Positions 1 to 9,041 of a stretch of DNA of 64,000 bases are shown here, one piece after another. Positions within the stretch are counted from its first letter, which is position 1. Each line of letters opens with the position of its first letter. Origin of the DNA: Candidatus Hydrogenedentota bacterium (GTDB lineage Bacteria > Hydrogenedentota > Hydrogenedentia > Hydrogenedentales > SLHB01); assembly GCA_963674865.2 (NCBI GenBank), contig CAXXYE010000004.1, forward strand, positions 32,001 to 96,000, written 5' to 3'. Made by a program: the position numbers and the translations under genes. Below the pieces are notes generated by a model. That model did no database searches. It was given only the letters and a program-made list of their open reading frames with translations, and was not told the DNA's origin.

Positions 1-1
1 C

Positions 2-310
2 GACGAGGCCACGGCTTGCCTACTGGACGAGGTGCGCGCGCTATACACGCTCCTCAAGACCACGTCCGACGTGCAAATCTTGGGGATATACGTCGGCCCC
101 AAGGAGTCGGCGCTTGTCGAGCGGGATGTTGCCGCGGCCGGACTGGCGTTCCCCGTCGGATGCAACGCGCAATACGCGACGGTGGAAGGTTATGCGCTCG
201 ATACGCTGCCTCTGCCGATTCTAATCGGTAAGGAGGGGCGACTGGAGTACGCTGGTGTGTCGGGGGATTTGCTGGGGGTGATCAAGGAGCTGCGTCGCGA
301 GCCCAGATAG
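2..310 (+). CDS. Partial CDS (5' end outside the window), possibly the C-terminus of a thioredoxin/TlpA-like fold protein
   Basis: Frame is open from the window edge; 'VQILGIYV...LPLPILIGKEGRLEY' resembles the end of a redoxin fold. Confidence 0.45.
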   Translation, partial: DEATACLLDEVRALYTLLKTTSDVQILGIYVGPKESALVERDVAAAGLAFPVGCNAQYATVEGYALDTLPLPILIGKEGRLEYAGVSGDLLGVIKELRREPR

Positions 311-315
311 CGCGG

Positions 316-358
316 AACAAACGAACACCGCGAAGCTCGTCGGAACTCCGCGGTGCTC
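316..358 (-). terminator. Intrinsic terminator of rpsT
   Basis: Minus-strand RNA GAGCACCGCGGAGUUC-CGAC-GAGCUUCGCGGUGUUC forms a 16-bp stem (three G-U pairs), followed by GUUUGUU. Confidence 0.7.
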
Positions 359-375
359 GGGGGAAGAACGATCTA

Positions 376-636
376 CTAGCCGGCTGTGCTCTTACGCTGC
401 AAGGCCGACTTCTTTCGCGCCGCTGCGTTCTTGTGAATGACGCCTTTACCGGCGGCACGATCGATCTCCGATAAAGCGGCCGGAAGTGCCGCCTTAATCT
501 TGTCGGCGTCCTTGGCGTCGAGAGCCTCTTGGGCCTGTTTGATGAACGTATTCATGCGGGACTTGGACGCCATGTTGCGCTGGCGCCGGAGTTCGTTGGT
601 GATGACCCGCTTGCGCTGTGACTTGATATTCGGCAT
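376..636 (-). CDS. rpsT: 30S ribosomal protein S20
   Basis: MPNIKSQRKR...KGVIHKNAAARKKSAL signature, 86 aa. Confidence 0.97.
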   Translation of the reverse strand: MPNIKSQRKRVITNELRRQRNMASKSRMNTFIKQAQEALDAKDADKIKAALPAALSEIDRAAGKGVIHKNAAARKKSALQRKSTAG

Positions 637-690
637 GCTCGAAAACTATCTCCGTTTCAACCCGGTTTTCGGACCTTCAGTAAGGCGCGA

Positions 691-719
691 ATCATACCAA
701 ACGTTCGTGGCGTTGTCAA
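691..719 (-). promoter_or_regulatory. sigma70 promoter of rpsT
   Basis: TTGACA-N17-TATGAT on the minus strand, 55 nt upstream of the start. Confidence 0.85.
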
Positions 720-734
720 AAAGCGCCCGGCCTA

Positions 735-1685
735 TCACCAGTGCATGGGATTGAGCACTTTCTCATTGAGCACAGGTTCGAGCTCGTCTCTCAGTGCGTT
801 GAGGATTTCCGCGGGCAGCGGCCCCTGCCGGATGAGGCGTGCGCTCTCCTCGACTTGTTCGGGGGATTCCGCGCCCACGACCAGAGGGGCGGCCAACATG
901 GTGCAGAATCTCACCGCGAGTTCCTTCTGAGGGATACCGAAGCGGGCGGCCAGCGCGTGCCACCGCTCAGACGCTTCTCGTGCCGCGGGCAAGCGGGCCG
1001 CCACGGCCTCCGGCGGCATGGTGAGCAGTCCCTGAAGGTAGACGCTTCGGATGCAGCAGAGCTGTCCATGCTCCCGCGCACTATCGAGCACGCCCCGTCG
1101 CACCATGCGCCGATCCCAGGCGCTGGCGGCGACCTGGAGCACCTCCATGTCCGGGTGGGCGAGGCAGCGGGGCGCGTCCTCCGGGGCGATGAGCGATACA
1201 CCGAGATGTTCGACCCGGCCGTCCTTACGCGCCGCCAGCAGCACGCCGCCGAGTCCCTTGTCCCAATGATCGAGCCAGTCGGGCCGGTGCAGCATCATGC
1301 ACCAGAGGCGGCCGCAGCCCAGTCTGTCCAAGGTTCGCTCAATGGACGCGGCGATCTGTTCCGAATCGGTGGGATCTAGCGCGGGGGACAGCTTCGAGGT
1401 GACGCTGGCTTGGCCTGCAATGTCCAGTTCGCGCAGGCACCGGCCCAGGACGGCCTCGCTTTCGCCATACGCTTGGGCCGTGTCGAAGTGGCGGACGCCT
1501 TGACTCCACGCCGCCTCGACAATGGTTCTGGCCTGGGCCGGGTCGGGCCGGCCCTGCGTGTTGGCGACGCCGTAAGGCATCCCCAACTGCACCGTGCCGA
1601 GGATGAGCCGGGAGACTATCTCCTCGCGCCATGGGATATCACTTGCGTGCGCGCCTTCCGGCGGGTGTGCGGCGTGTTCCGTCAT
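735..1685 (-). CDS. Aldo/keto reductase
   Basis: LILGTVQLG, FDTAQAYGESE, TSK and LH motifs; start placed at ATG 1685 after an AGGAG RBS. Confidence 0.9.
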   Translation of the reverse strand: MTEHAAHPPEGAHASDIPWREEIVSRLILGTVQLGMPYGVANTQGRPDPAQARTIVEAAWSQGVRHFDTAQAYGESEAVLGRCLRELDIAGQASVTSKLSPALDPTDSEQIAASIERTLDRLGCGRLWCMMLHRPDWLDHWDKGLGGVLLAARKDGRVEHLGVSLIAPEDAPRCLAHPDMEVLQVAASAWDRRMVRRGVLDSAREHGQLCCIRSVYLQGLLTMPPEAVAARLPAAREASERWHALAARFGIPQKELAVRFCTMLAAPLVVGAESPEQVEESARLIRQGPLPAEILNALRDELEPVLNEKVLNPMHW

Positions 1686-1707
1686 GAATACTTTGTCTCC
1701 TGGCGGG

Positions 1708-2559
1708 TCAGATGCACGTCCGATCGTCACTACGCGGATCCTTGATGAGCCGGCCGCTGTGGAGGGTGCCCTTCATGGCGCGTTCGCGGTACGGCCCGGC
1801 GGCATCGTAGAAGCGCTGCCCCGTATCCACCGTGTTCAGCATGACCCCGCTCCGGTGCAGTGGCAGCGATTGCTGTATGCGTCCGTCGGGTGTAATGAAG
1901 CAACTCGGCCAGCTCTGGTAGTGGGCCGACGAGTTGTTAGCGCTGATCCACAGGTAGTTTGAGGCGGCCCGGGCCTGGAGCGTGGGCGGCATGATCACGG
2001 AATGGATGTTCCGGCTGTCCTTTCGGGCGTTGTAGAAGGAGTGGAAGATGCATTGGACGCCGAGTTGCTTGTACTTGCGGTAGAGTTCCGGAAACCGCAC
2101 GTCGTAGCAGATGAGGAAGCCGCATTGGACGCCGCGAATCCGCACCGTGGGGAGGTGATTGCCCGGGGAATAGTGCTTCAGGTCGCCTCCCGTGCAGAAG
2201 CACTTGTCGTAGCGCTCCACCACCCGGCCTCTGGGGTCGATCACGTAGAGGCTGTTGTGGGGAAGGCGCTTACCGGAGAGGCGGTGGCTGCTCCCCAGGA
2301 TGATCCATAGCTTGTGCTCCCGCGCCAGGGCGCAGATCCCGGCCGTCTCATCGCGGAGGCGTTCCCAGTCGTATCCCTTCCAGGTTTCGACGTCCACGCC
2401 CGCGTAGCCGGAGAGGGCCGTCTCCGAGAAGTGGAGCACATCCGCGTCCATCTCCGCGGCCTTCACTACTTGCTCGCGAACGTACTTCGTGTTGCGGGTG
2501 ATGTCGCCGCTCACCGGGAACTGGGCCGTGGCGATCTGCAAAACGCTCTTATTGGCCAT
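1708..2559 (-). CDS. Carbon-nitrogen hydrolase (nitrilase superfamily)
   Basis: Glu-Lys-Cys triad motifs FSETALSGY, RYDK and LICYDVRFPE; start MANKSV at 2559. Confidence 0.9.
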   Translation of the reverse strand: MANKSVLQIATAQFPVSGDITRNTKYVREQVVKAAEMDADVLHFSETALSGYAGVDVETWKGYDWERLRDETAGICALAREHKLWIILGSSHRLSGKRLPHNSLYVIDPRGRVVERYDKCFCTGGDLKHYSPGNHLPTVRIRGVQCGFLICYDVRFPELYRKYKQLGVQCIFHSFYNARKDSRNIHSVIMPPTLQARAASNYLWISANNSSAHYQSWPSCFITPDGRIQQSLPLHRSGVMLNTVDTGQRFYDAAGPYRERAMKGTLHSGRLIKDPRSDDRTCI

Positions 2560-2585
2560 GCACTTCTTCCTGCCGGCGCTTTGGC

Positions 2586-3050
2586 TTATCGGCCCTGCAC
2601 CTGTTCTTGTGTGTCTTGCCCCGGCTGAGGCCTCCTGACGGTTAGGCGGCAGGTCCCTCGCTCGGGATCCATGATGTCGAAATCCACTTCGTAGCCGAAC
2701 GCCTCGATTAGGGGAGGATAGAGCCAGCGGCAATGCTCGCAGTACTTCGGGTAGGGTTCGATGTGCCGCGCCTCGCGCAGGAGCCGTACGCTCGGGCACT
2801 CGTGCATATCGAGGACGAACGTGTCATCGTACAGCGACAAATGGTGCCGGCCGCCCTCCTCGCCCAGGGTGCGCGTCCAGTACCGGTGCATGCCGGCCAG
2901 CCCGTCCTCGCGAATGCACTTCCGCAGCTCCGTCAGGAATTCTTCCGAAAGGCCCTGCCAGAACTCGACAACCTTCTCTTCTCCCCCCTTCTTCTCCAGA
3001 AAACGGAATAATTCGCTATATACCCAGATGAATTCGGTGCAGGAGATCAT
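2586..3050 (-). CDS. Small hypothetical protein, V4R/ATC-hydrolase-like Cys motif (paralog B)
   Basis: HECPS...YCEHC...GTC; ATG overlaps the upstream stop (ATGA). Confidence 0.7.
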   Translation of the reverse strand: MISCTEFIWVYSELFRFLEKKGGEEKVVEFWQGLSEEFLTELRKCIREDGLAGMHRYWTRTLGEEGGRHHLSLYDDTFVLDMHECPSVRLLREARHIEPYPKYCEHCRWLYPPLIEAFGYEVDFDIMDPERGTCRLTVRRPQPGQDTQEQVQGR

Positions 3051-3475
3051 GTCTTGGCCCTCCGAAAGCGCTGGACGCAACGCCCGGCCTCCTGATCGTA
3101 CTCTACCTCTGCGGTGAAGCCGGCCGCGGCGCACACGGCCTCGTTCACCATGCGCGTGTGCTCGCAGAAGTGTTCGGCCACGAGGAAGCCCTGTTCCTGA
3201 AGGTGGGTGACGGCCGGACACCGGTTCACACGCAGCTCCAAAGTGTCTCCCTCGGCGCGTACGTCGAAATCCCCTCCTTCCAACTGAAAGACGGTTTGCC
3301 AGTGGTCCTCGATGGCGGCTAGTCCGCGAGCGCGCACGTCCTCGACGAACGCGGTGTAGACTGTCTCCGTCAGCCCCGACAGGAATTCGCGCACGGCGTC
3401 GATGCCGTAATGCTCTTCCAGAAACTGGAGCCCAAAGCTCAACACGCCATGGAAGTCCTTGTGAACGTTTGACAT
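3047..3475 (-). CDS. Small hypothetical protein, V4R/ATC-hydrolase-like Cys motif (paralog A)
   Basis: NRCPA...FCEHT...GRC; GGAGG RBS; aligns end to end with 2586-3050. Confidence 0.7.
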   Translation of the reverse strand: MSNVHKDFHGVLSFGLQFLEEHYGIDAVREFLSGLTETVYTAFVEDVRARGLAAIEDHWQTVFQLEGGDFDVRAEGDTLELRVNRCPAVTHLQEQGFLVAEHFCEHTRMVNEAVCAAAGFTAEVEYDQEAGRCVQRFRRAKT

Positions 3476-3485
3476 AGCCACCTCC

Positions 3486-4856
3486 CTATTCGGGCTCCTT
3501 GGTAGCCCGAAACAGCCCGAACGAGTGGATGGCCGGACAGGCCCGTGCTCTGACGATGGTAAGCCGCACCTTCCGCGCGGTGGTCTCAGGGAATCGGTTC
3601 AGACGCTTGTGGCCTATTGTGGTCCCCGCCGCGACCTGCCGCCATTCCGCTCCGTCCCACGCCTCGATCACATACTCCTCGACCCGTTGGCCGAGCGCGA
3701 CCTGCTCCTGCACCATGCTTCGGTTGAAGGTAGTCTCCTCGCTGAGGTCGATGGTTACCGAGGCGCTGGATACACCGTCATCCGTCGCCCAGTACGTAGC
3801 GGGATTCCCATCAACCAATCGACCCGCGCCGAAAGCGCCGTCGTCGCCGCGCACATTCGAGGCCTCCACGGCTTTGTCGAGGGCCAGATTCGTCTTGAAC
3901 GTGTCGGCGAGGATGGTGTGCAGCTCACGGAGCCGGGCGACATCGGCCTCGGGCAGGCGTCCGCGCCGGTCGGGGGACACATTCAACAAGAGCGTCGCCC
4001 CGTGGCCCACGGAGCGGTAGTAGATGTCGAGCAGCTTTTCGACAGTGTGGAGCGACGCTTCATCGTCCGTGTGGAAGAACCAGTGGCTCTTACGGATAGG
4101 GACATCGCACTCGGCGGGCCACCACACTTGTTTCTCGTTTTGTTCCTGCGCGTTCCAAAGCGTTTCGGGGGCTAGGCCGTCCTCGTTGCCGACCCAGCGT
4201 ATGTCTGGGCCGCATATAGCGATAAGGGCATTGGGCTGGGTTTCCCGGATGAGCGTGTAGTAGCCTTCCCAGTCGTATTGATGGCCCTCGGAGCCGGCCC
4301 CGTCGAACCAGACCTCCCCGACCTTGCCGTACCCCGTCAGGACTTCCCGCAACTGGCTCTTGAAGTGCTCATCGTAGGCGGCACTGTCGGCGTACTTGGG
4401 CTCATGGCGGTCCCAGGGGGAGAGATAGAATCCGAACATGACGCCTAGGTCGTGACAGGCGTCGGCCACTTCCTTGACGGCGTCCCCCTTGCCGCCGCGC
4501 CAAGGGCTTGACGCGACGCTGTATGCCGTGTGGGCGGTTGGATACAGGCAAAAGCCGTCGTGATGCTTCGCCGTCACGACGAGGTAGTGCATACCCACCT
4601 CTTTGGCCACCTGAACCCACTGGCGCGCGTCGAAATCGCTCGGGTCGAAGGTCCGTGGGTCCTTGGTGCCGTCCGTCCATTCCTCATTGTGAAACGTGTT
4701 GATGCCAAAATGGCAAAACATGCCGTATTCCATGTCCTGCCAGGCGAGTTGCTGCGGCGTGGGCAGCGGGGGGAGCGGCGTAGGCGGAGGGGTGCCGCTT
4801 CCTGCGGCGAAAGCCATGAGTGCGTAACCGGCAAGCATGAGAAACTCCTTTTTCAC
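3486..4856 (-). CDS. Alpha-L-fucosidase GH29 with C-terminal F5/8 type C (CBM32-like) domain, secreted
   Basis: MFCHFG, TAKHHDGF, YLSPWD, VWFDGA, RWVGNE and ECDVPIR motifs; signal peptide. Confidence 0.93.
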   Translation of the reverse strand: MKKEFLMLAGYALMAFAAGSGTPPPTPLPPLPTPQQLAWQDMEYGMFCHFGINTFHNEEWTDGTKDPRTFDPSDFDARQWVQVAKEVGMHYLVVTAKHHDGFCLYPTAHTAYSVASSPWRGGKGDAVKEVADACHDLGVMFGFYLSPWDRHEPKYADSAAYDEHFKSQLREVLTGYGKVGEVWFDGAGSEGHQYDWEGYYTLIRETQPNALIAICGPDIRWVGNEDGLAPETLWNAQEQNEKQVWWPAECDVPIRKSHWFFHTDDEASLHTVEKLLDIYYRSVGHGATLLLNVSPDRRGRLPEADVARLRELHTILADTFKTNLALDKAVEASNVRGDDGAFGAGRLVDGNPATYWATDDGVSSASVTIDLSEETTFNRSMVQEQVALGQRVEEYVIEAWDGAEWRQVAAGTTIGHKRLNRFPETTARKVRLTIVRARACPAIHSFGLFRATKEPE

Positions 4857-5647
4857 CAGGCGGTTAGCCCGCCGTCAACCATGAGATTGATGCCCGTGAT
4901 GTACCTTGAGGCGTCCGAGGCCAGGAACACCACCGGCCCCGCGATATCGGCATCGGTGGCCATTCTACCAAGGGGGATGCGTTGGTTGTAGCGTTCTACG
5001 AAGGACTCCGACTGGCCGGAGAAGTATCCCCCCGGGCTGATGCAGTTCACCCGGATGCCTTGGGCGGCGAAGTAGGCGGCGCAATAGCGCGTGTATTGGA
5101 TCAGGCCGCCCTTGTGAAACGCGTAGGCGGGCGGCGAGGAGAAAGGCAGTCCCTCGTAAGTCCGGAAGTCCGGCGCGACGCAGCCGTAAATGGAGCCGAT
5201 ATTGATGAGCGAGCCGCCGCCGCGTTCGCTCATGCCGTGGCCGAAGACGCTGGTGCAGAGATGCACCCCCGTGATGTTGACGCGCGCCGCTTCCGCCCAT
5301 TGCTCGGGCGTGGCTTCGTCGAAATGCGTGGGGGAGCGATACACGGCGTTGTTCACCAGAATATCCACGCCGCCACGGCGCGAAGCGATCCGCCCATGCA
5401 CTTCGCGGATGGACGCTTCGTCGCCCATATCAAATGCCTCGGCCTCGCACAAAAGGCCCTCATCACGGAATTCCGCGGCCCGCTCTTCGCAGCGCTCCCG
5501 GCTTCGCGACGCGATGATCACCGTGGCCCCGGCCTGGGCAAGCGCGCGCGAGATGGGTGTGCCGTAGAGGCCCGCTCCGCCCGAGACAAAGGCCACCTTG
5601 CCATCCAGGCGGAGCATCTGGTTTACATTGAAATCTTCGTCAGGCAT
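4853..5647 (-). CDS. SDR family oxidoreductase
   Basis: SGGAGLYG, VNNA, YAFHK (YxxxK), IRVNCISPGG, VDGG. Confidence 0.92.
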   Translation of the reverse strand: MPDEDFNVNQMLRLDGKVAFVSGGAGLYGTPISRALAQAGATVIIASRSRERCEERAAEFRDEGLLCEAEAFDMGDEASIREVHGRIASRRGGVDILVNNAVYRSPTHFDEATPEQWAEAARVNITGVHLCTSVFGHGMSERGGGSLINIGSIYGCVAPDFRTYEGLPFSSPPAYAFHKGGLIQYTRYCAAYFAAQGIRVNCISPGGYFSGQSESFVERYNQRIPLGRMATDADIAGPVVFLASDASRYITGINLMVDGGLTAW

Positions 5648-5676
5648 AGCTGCTCCTTTACGTGATGCCGCGCTTT

Positions 5677-6456
5677 TCAGAACTGAATCGTCACAGGATC
5701 CTGCCGTGTTAGCCCGAGAGCCTGTGCGGCATTCCCGAGGTTGACAGCGACCTCAAGATAATCGGAGCTGCCGAATAGCGCGAGGGCCGTTCCTTGGGGG
5801 GCCTGGCCATACGTAGTATGGAGGCCGTTCACATGGATTTCGCCCGCCACGACCTTCTTGGGTGTGCGGGCGCCCAGATCTGTGCGGTGAATATTTGTTA
5901 TGAGATTGCCAAACCGATCAATGTGGATGATCTCGCCCCGCATCGTGTTCTTGTCCGGACTTGTGGGCCGGGGGATGTCGAGCAGGGCGATATCCTCGAT
6001 GATGGGCCCGAGGTCGGCCGGTTGCGCGCCGCCGGCCAAGTGCGCGGCGGTGGGAGCGAACACGTCCCGTCCATGGAACGTTGGACTGATGGCCTCTGCC
6101 ATGAAAGACGGATTGATGATATGTCGCACTTGCCCCAGAGGACACACACGCGCCACCAAGGTAACGAGTCCGTTGTCGGGGCACACGAGCCATTGTCCGC
6201 CGATCTCCGCTGCGATGGGACGACGCGCGGTGCCGACGCCCGGATCGATCACTGCGACGTGAATGGTTCCCGCTGGATAGGGCGGTACGGCGCCGGCAAG
6301 AAAAAGCGCCCCCTCCACGATGTCGTGGGGGGAGATATCGTGGCTCATGTCAATGCAGGTGACGTGCGGACACAGGCGATGAAGCACGCCCTTCATGGCG
6401 GCAGCGTAGGCATCTCGTGTCCCGAAGTCGGTAGTGAGCGTGACGAGCGCGGCCAC
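5677..6456 (-). CDS. SAM hydroxide adenosyltransferase (DUF62; chlorinase/fluorinase family)
   Basis: LTTDFG, VIDPGVGTARR, PDNG, TFHGRDVF, IDRFGN. Confidence 0.93.
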   Translation of the reverse strand: MAALVTLTTDFGTRDAYAAAMKGVLHRLCPHVTCIDMSHDISPHDIVEGALFLAGAVPPYPAGTIHVAVIDPGVGTARRPIAAEIGGQWLVCPDNGLVTLVARVCPLGQVRHIINPSFMAEAISPTFHGRDVFAPTAAHLAGGAQPADLGPIIEDIALLDIPRPTSPDKNTMRGEIIHIDRFGNLITNIHRTDLGARTPKKVVAGEIHVNGLHTTYGQAPQGTALALFGSSDYLEVAVNLGNAAQALGLTRQDPVTIQF

Positions 6457-6459
6457 GCC

Positions 6460-7383
6460 TTAGGTCCTCGTCGTGTGGATGCAGTTCCTGCCGGTGGACT
6501 TGGCCTTGTACAGGGCCTTGTCGGCGGCCGCGATGATCTGATCGACCTCCTCGCCGTCGACAGGCCATTCGGCGAGGCCCTGACTGATCGTTACCTGAAA
6601 CCTCTCGCCTTTGTAGTCGAACTCGCGTGTTTCAAAGGTCTTCCGGAGCCCCTCGGCCATCTTGAGGGCGTCCGCCATCGGCGTCTGGGGAAAGAGTATG
6701 ATCACTTCATCGCCGCCGTAGAGGCCTGCGTGGTCCTGAGGACGCAGTGCTCCGCGGATCATGGCCCCCATCTCCCGCACCACCATGCTCCCGGCGAGGT
6801 GTCCGTGAGTGTCGTTGACCTCTTTCAGGCCGTCAAGATCCGTCATGGCGAGGACAAATCGCTCTCCCGGTTGAGCGCGCAGGATCTCCTGATCGAGGTA
6901 ACGCCGAAAGGAGTCCAGCGTCAGAAGGCCCGTGAGCTGATTGTAGTGGATGAGTTCGTGAACCTTCTTGTGAAATTGGGAGTCCGCCTCATCCTGAAGC
7001 ACGAACTTGAACAGCACATCGCCGACTTGGATCTTGTCCCCGTCGTTTAGCTGGGCATTTGATACGGGGGCATTATTGACGAATGTGCCATTGCTGCTGT
7101 TGAGGTCGCGGATCTCGAAGTGCTCGTTGTCGGGTTCGCTGATGCGCGAGATGCGTGCGTGGTAACGGCTTACCAGGGGGGAGGCCAAAGGAATGGCCAC
7201 CTCAGGTGCGCGGCCCAATGTTTGCTCGTTGGTGTCCAGGTCGAATTGCTCGCCGATCTCGGAACCGCCCAACACGATTAAACTCGCGCGCTGCTGGCCG
7301 CCCACTATGGGCATATCCCCGTCGTTCGCGACGGCCGTCGCGTCGAGCATCTTCTCGCGGCGTGTGGGATCGTCCTTGCTCAT
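6460..7383 (-). CDS. FHA-GGDEF diguanylate cyclase-like protein
   Basis: FHA (LGR, VSRYH, SSNGTFVN) plus GGDEF domain (DLDGLKEVNDTHGH, YGGDEV, ADKALYKAK). Confidence 0.9.
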   Translation of the reverse strand: MSKDDPTRREKMLDATAVANDGDMPIVGGQQRASLIVLGGSEIGEQFDLDTNEQTLGRAPEVAIPLASPLVSRYHARISRISEPDNEHFEIRDLNSSNGTFVNNAPVSNAQLNDGDKIQVGDVLFKFVLQDEADSQFHKKVHELIHYNQLTGLLTLDSFRRYLDQEILRAQPGERFVLAMTDLDGLKEVNDTHGHLAGSMVVREMGAMIRGALRPQDHAGLYGGDEVIILFPQTPMADALKMAEGLRKTFETREFDYKGERFQVTISQGLAEWPVDGEEVDQIIAAADKALYKAKSTGRNCIHTTRT

Positions 7384-7414
7384 GATCCCCCAACTCCTCC
7401 TCCTCCGTTAGGCA

Positions 7415-7443
7415 ATCATAGCATCCGAAGTCCGACTGCGCAA
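7415..7443 (-). promoter_or_regulatory. sigma70 promoter of the FHA-GGDEF gene
   Basis: TTGCGC-N17-TATGAT with extended TG; abuts the IS target duplication. Confidence 0.6.
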
Positions 7444-7459
7444 CGAGTGGTGAACGTTC
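7444..7459 (+). repeat. Left 16-bp target-site duplication CGAGTGGTGAACGTTC
   Basis: Identical to 9042-9057. Confidence 0.93.
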
Positions 7460-9041
7460 TGTCGCGACTCTTTGATAGTGTCACCCCCTCGACTCATTAG
7501 AAATGTCACAATTGGAGCCTTTCACTTGGAGGGCTGCCGTGGAAGGGCATTTGAAGATGAGTCGCAAGGAATTGATGCGTAAGTCGTTGTTGGAGCTTGT
7601 TGTGGGAAAGCATATGACCCTGGCGGAAGCGGCGCGGCGCATGGAAGTGAGCTACCGGCAGGCGCTGCGGATACACGCACGCTTCGTGTCAGAGGGAGAT
7701 GAGGGGTTGGTGCATCGCAACCGGGGCCGGGCGTCTAATCGAGCCAAGCCTGCCGCGTTCCGGGACAAAGTCCTTCGGCGCTATCAGGAACGCTATAGAG
7801 AACACGATTTGGGGCCGACCCTGGCCGCGGAGAAGCTGGCGGAGGAAGGCCTGTGCATCGACCACGAGACGTTACGGCGCTGGCTGCTTGAGCAGGGGCT
7901 CTGGGCGAAGGGAGACACCGGGCGCCGGCATCGCTCCCGCAGGGAGCGGCGAGCCCATTTCGGAGAGCTGGTGCAGATGGATGGGAGTCACCACCACTGG
8001 TTCGGGCCGGACCAAGGCCAAACTTGTCTGATGAACATGATAGATGACGCCACAGGAGAAACCTTGGCGCTCATGGCCGAGCAAGAAACGAAGCAGGCCG
8101 CCATGCAGCTTCTGTGGCGGTGGATCGAGAAATACGGTATTCCTCGGGCGCTGTATACGGACCGAAAGAACGTCTACATCACCGGCCGGGAGCCCACGCT
8201 CGAAGAGCAACTGGCGGGGCGCGAGCCGCTGACTCAATTCGGAGAGGCCTGCTATAAGCTGGGAATCGTCATCATCCCCGCGACTTCGCCTCAAGCCAAA
8301 GGCCGCGTCGAGCGCTCCAACGGCACATACCAGAACCGGTTCGTCAAGGAACTCGCCTTGCGGCGCATCACCACCATCGCCACCGCCGACAAGCTGCTCT
8401 ACGAAAGCTTTTGTGACGCTCTGAACGCCAAGTTCGCCATTGCGCCCCGTGAGGAACTGGACTATCACCGTCCTCCACCCAAAGGCCTTGAGCTGCATGA
8501 CATTTTTTGCTTCGAGGAACTGCGCGTCGTCCAAAACGACTGGACCGTCCGTTTCGGGAATCATTACTACCAAATCCTCAAGAACAACAGTCCTCTGCCC
8601 CGGCCCAAAGACAGGATTCTGGTCCGCACCCATCTGCACGGCGGCATCAGGCTGCTCTACAAAGACCAGGACCTTGACTACCGCAGGCTCACGGTCAAGC
8701 AATACAAACGAGAAGGGCAGCAACGAGTCCAACAGGTCCAGCCCCCCGCCAAGCCCAAGAAGAAGAACGCTCCCCCCGCGCCCTACAAGCGCTGGCGGCC
8801 CAACGTCCAACGCCTACCTCTCATGAACGCAAAAGAAAGGTGAGCACGCGAGTTACCCACATATCCACATCCTCGACGAGCGCTATGCGCCCGCGCGCTT
8901 CGCGCTGGATGTGGATATGACGGTCTGGGGACAGCTGCTACGCACCTGACCACAGACCTTGGATAACTCGCTTCTGCAACCATCGAGCATAGGACATTTC
9001 TAATGAGTCCCAACATGTGACATTTCTAAAGAGTCTTGACA
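7460..9041 (+). mobile_element. Complete insertion sequence, IS1202/ISNCY-like, 1582 bp
   Basis: IRL TGTCGCGACTCTTTGATAGTGTCAC and IRR (reverse complement) TGTCAAGACTCTTTAGAAATGTCAC; an internal second copy of the IR motif at each end; 16-bp DR; single DDE transposase. Confidence 0.92.
7539..8843 (+). CDS. DDE transposase, ISNCY/IS1202-like
   Basis: HTH, LVHRNRGR, GELVQMDGSHH, IDDATG, YTDR, SPQAKGRVER; GTG start after GGAGG (alternative ATG at 7503). Confidence 0.92.
   Translation: MEGHLKMSRKELMRKSLLELVVGKHMTLAEAARRMEVSYRQALRIHARFVSEGDEGLVHRNRGRASNRAKPAAFRDKVLRRYQERYREHDLGPTLAAEKLAEEGLCIDHETLRRWLLEQGLWAKGDTGRRHRSRRERRAHFGELVQMDGSHHHWFGPDQGQTCLMNMIDDATGETLALMAEQETKQAAMQLLWRWIEKYGIPRALYTDRKNVYITGREPTLEEQLAGREPLTQFGEACYKLGIVIIPATSPQAKGRVERSNGTYQNRFVKELALRRITTIATADKLLYESFCDALNAKFAIAPREELDYHRPPPKGLELHDIFCFEELRVVQNDWTVRFGNHYYQILKNNSPLPRPKDRILVRTHLHGGIRLLYKDQDLDYRRLTVKQYKREGQQRVQQVQPPAKPKKKNAPPAPYKRWRPNVQRLPLMNAKER

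Noticed and set aside
5677..6456. Halogenase (fluorinase/chlorinase) implying a natural-product cluster
   Set aside because: Retains the D-R-H pattern of DUF62 hydroxide adenosyltransferases and there are no biosynthetic genes around it
5794..7050. Long antisense or alternate-frame ORFs (also 7872-8810, 16936-18045, 17072-18139, 24196-25293, 43804-44796)
   Set aside because: Shadow ORFs over well-supported genes, expected in high-GC DNA; no recognisable motifs
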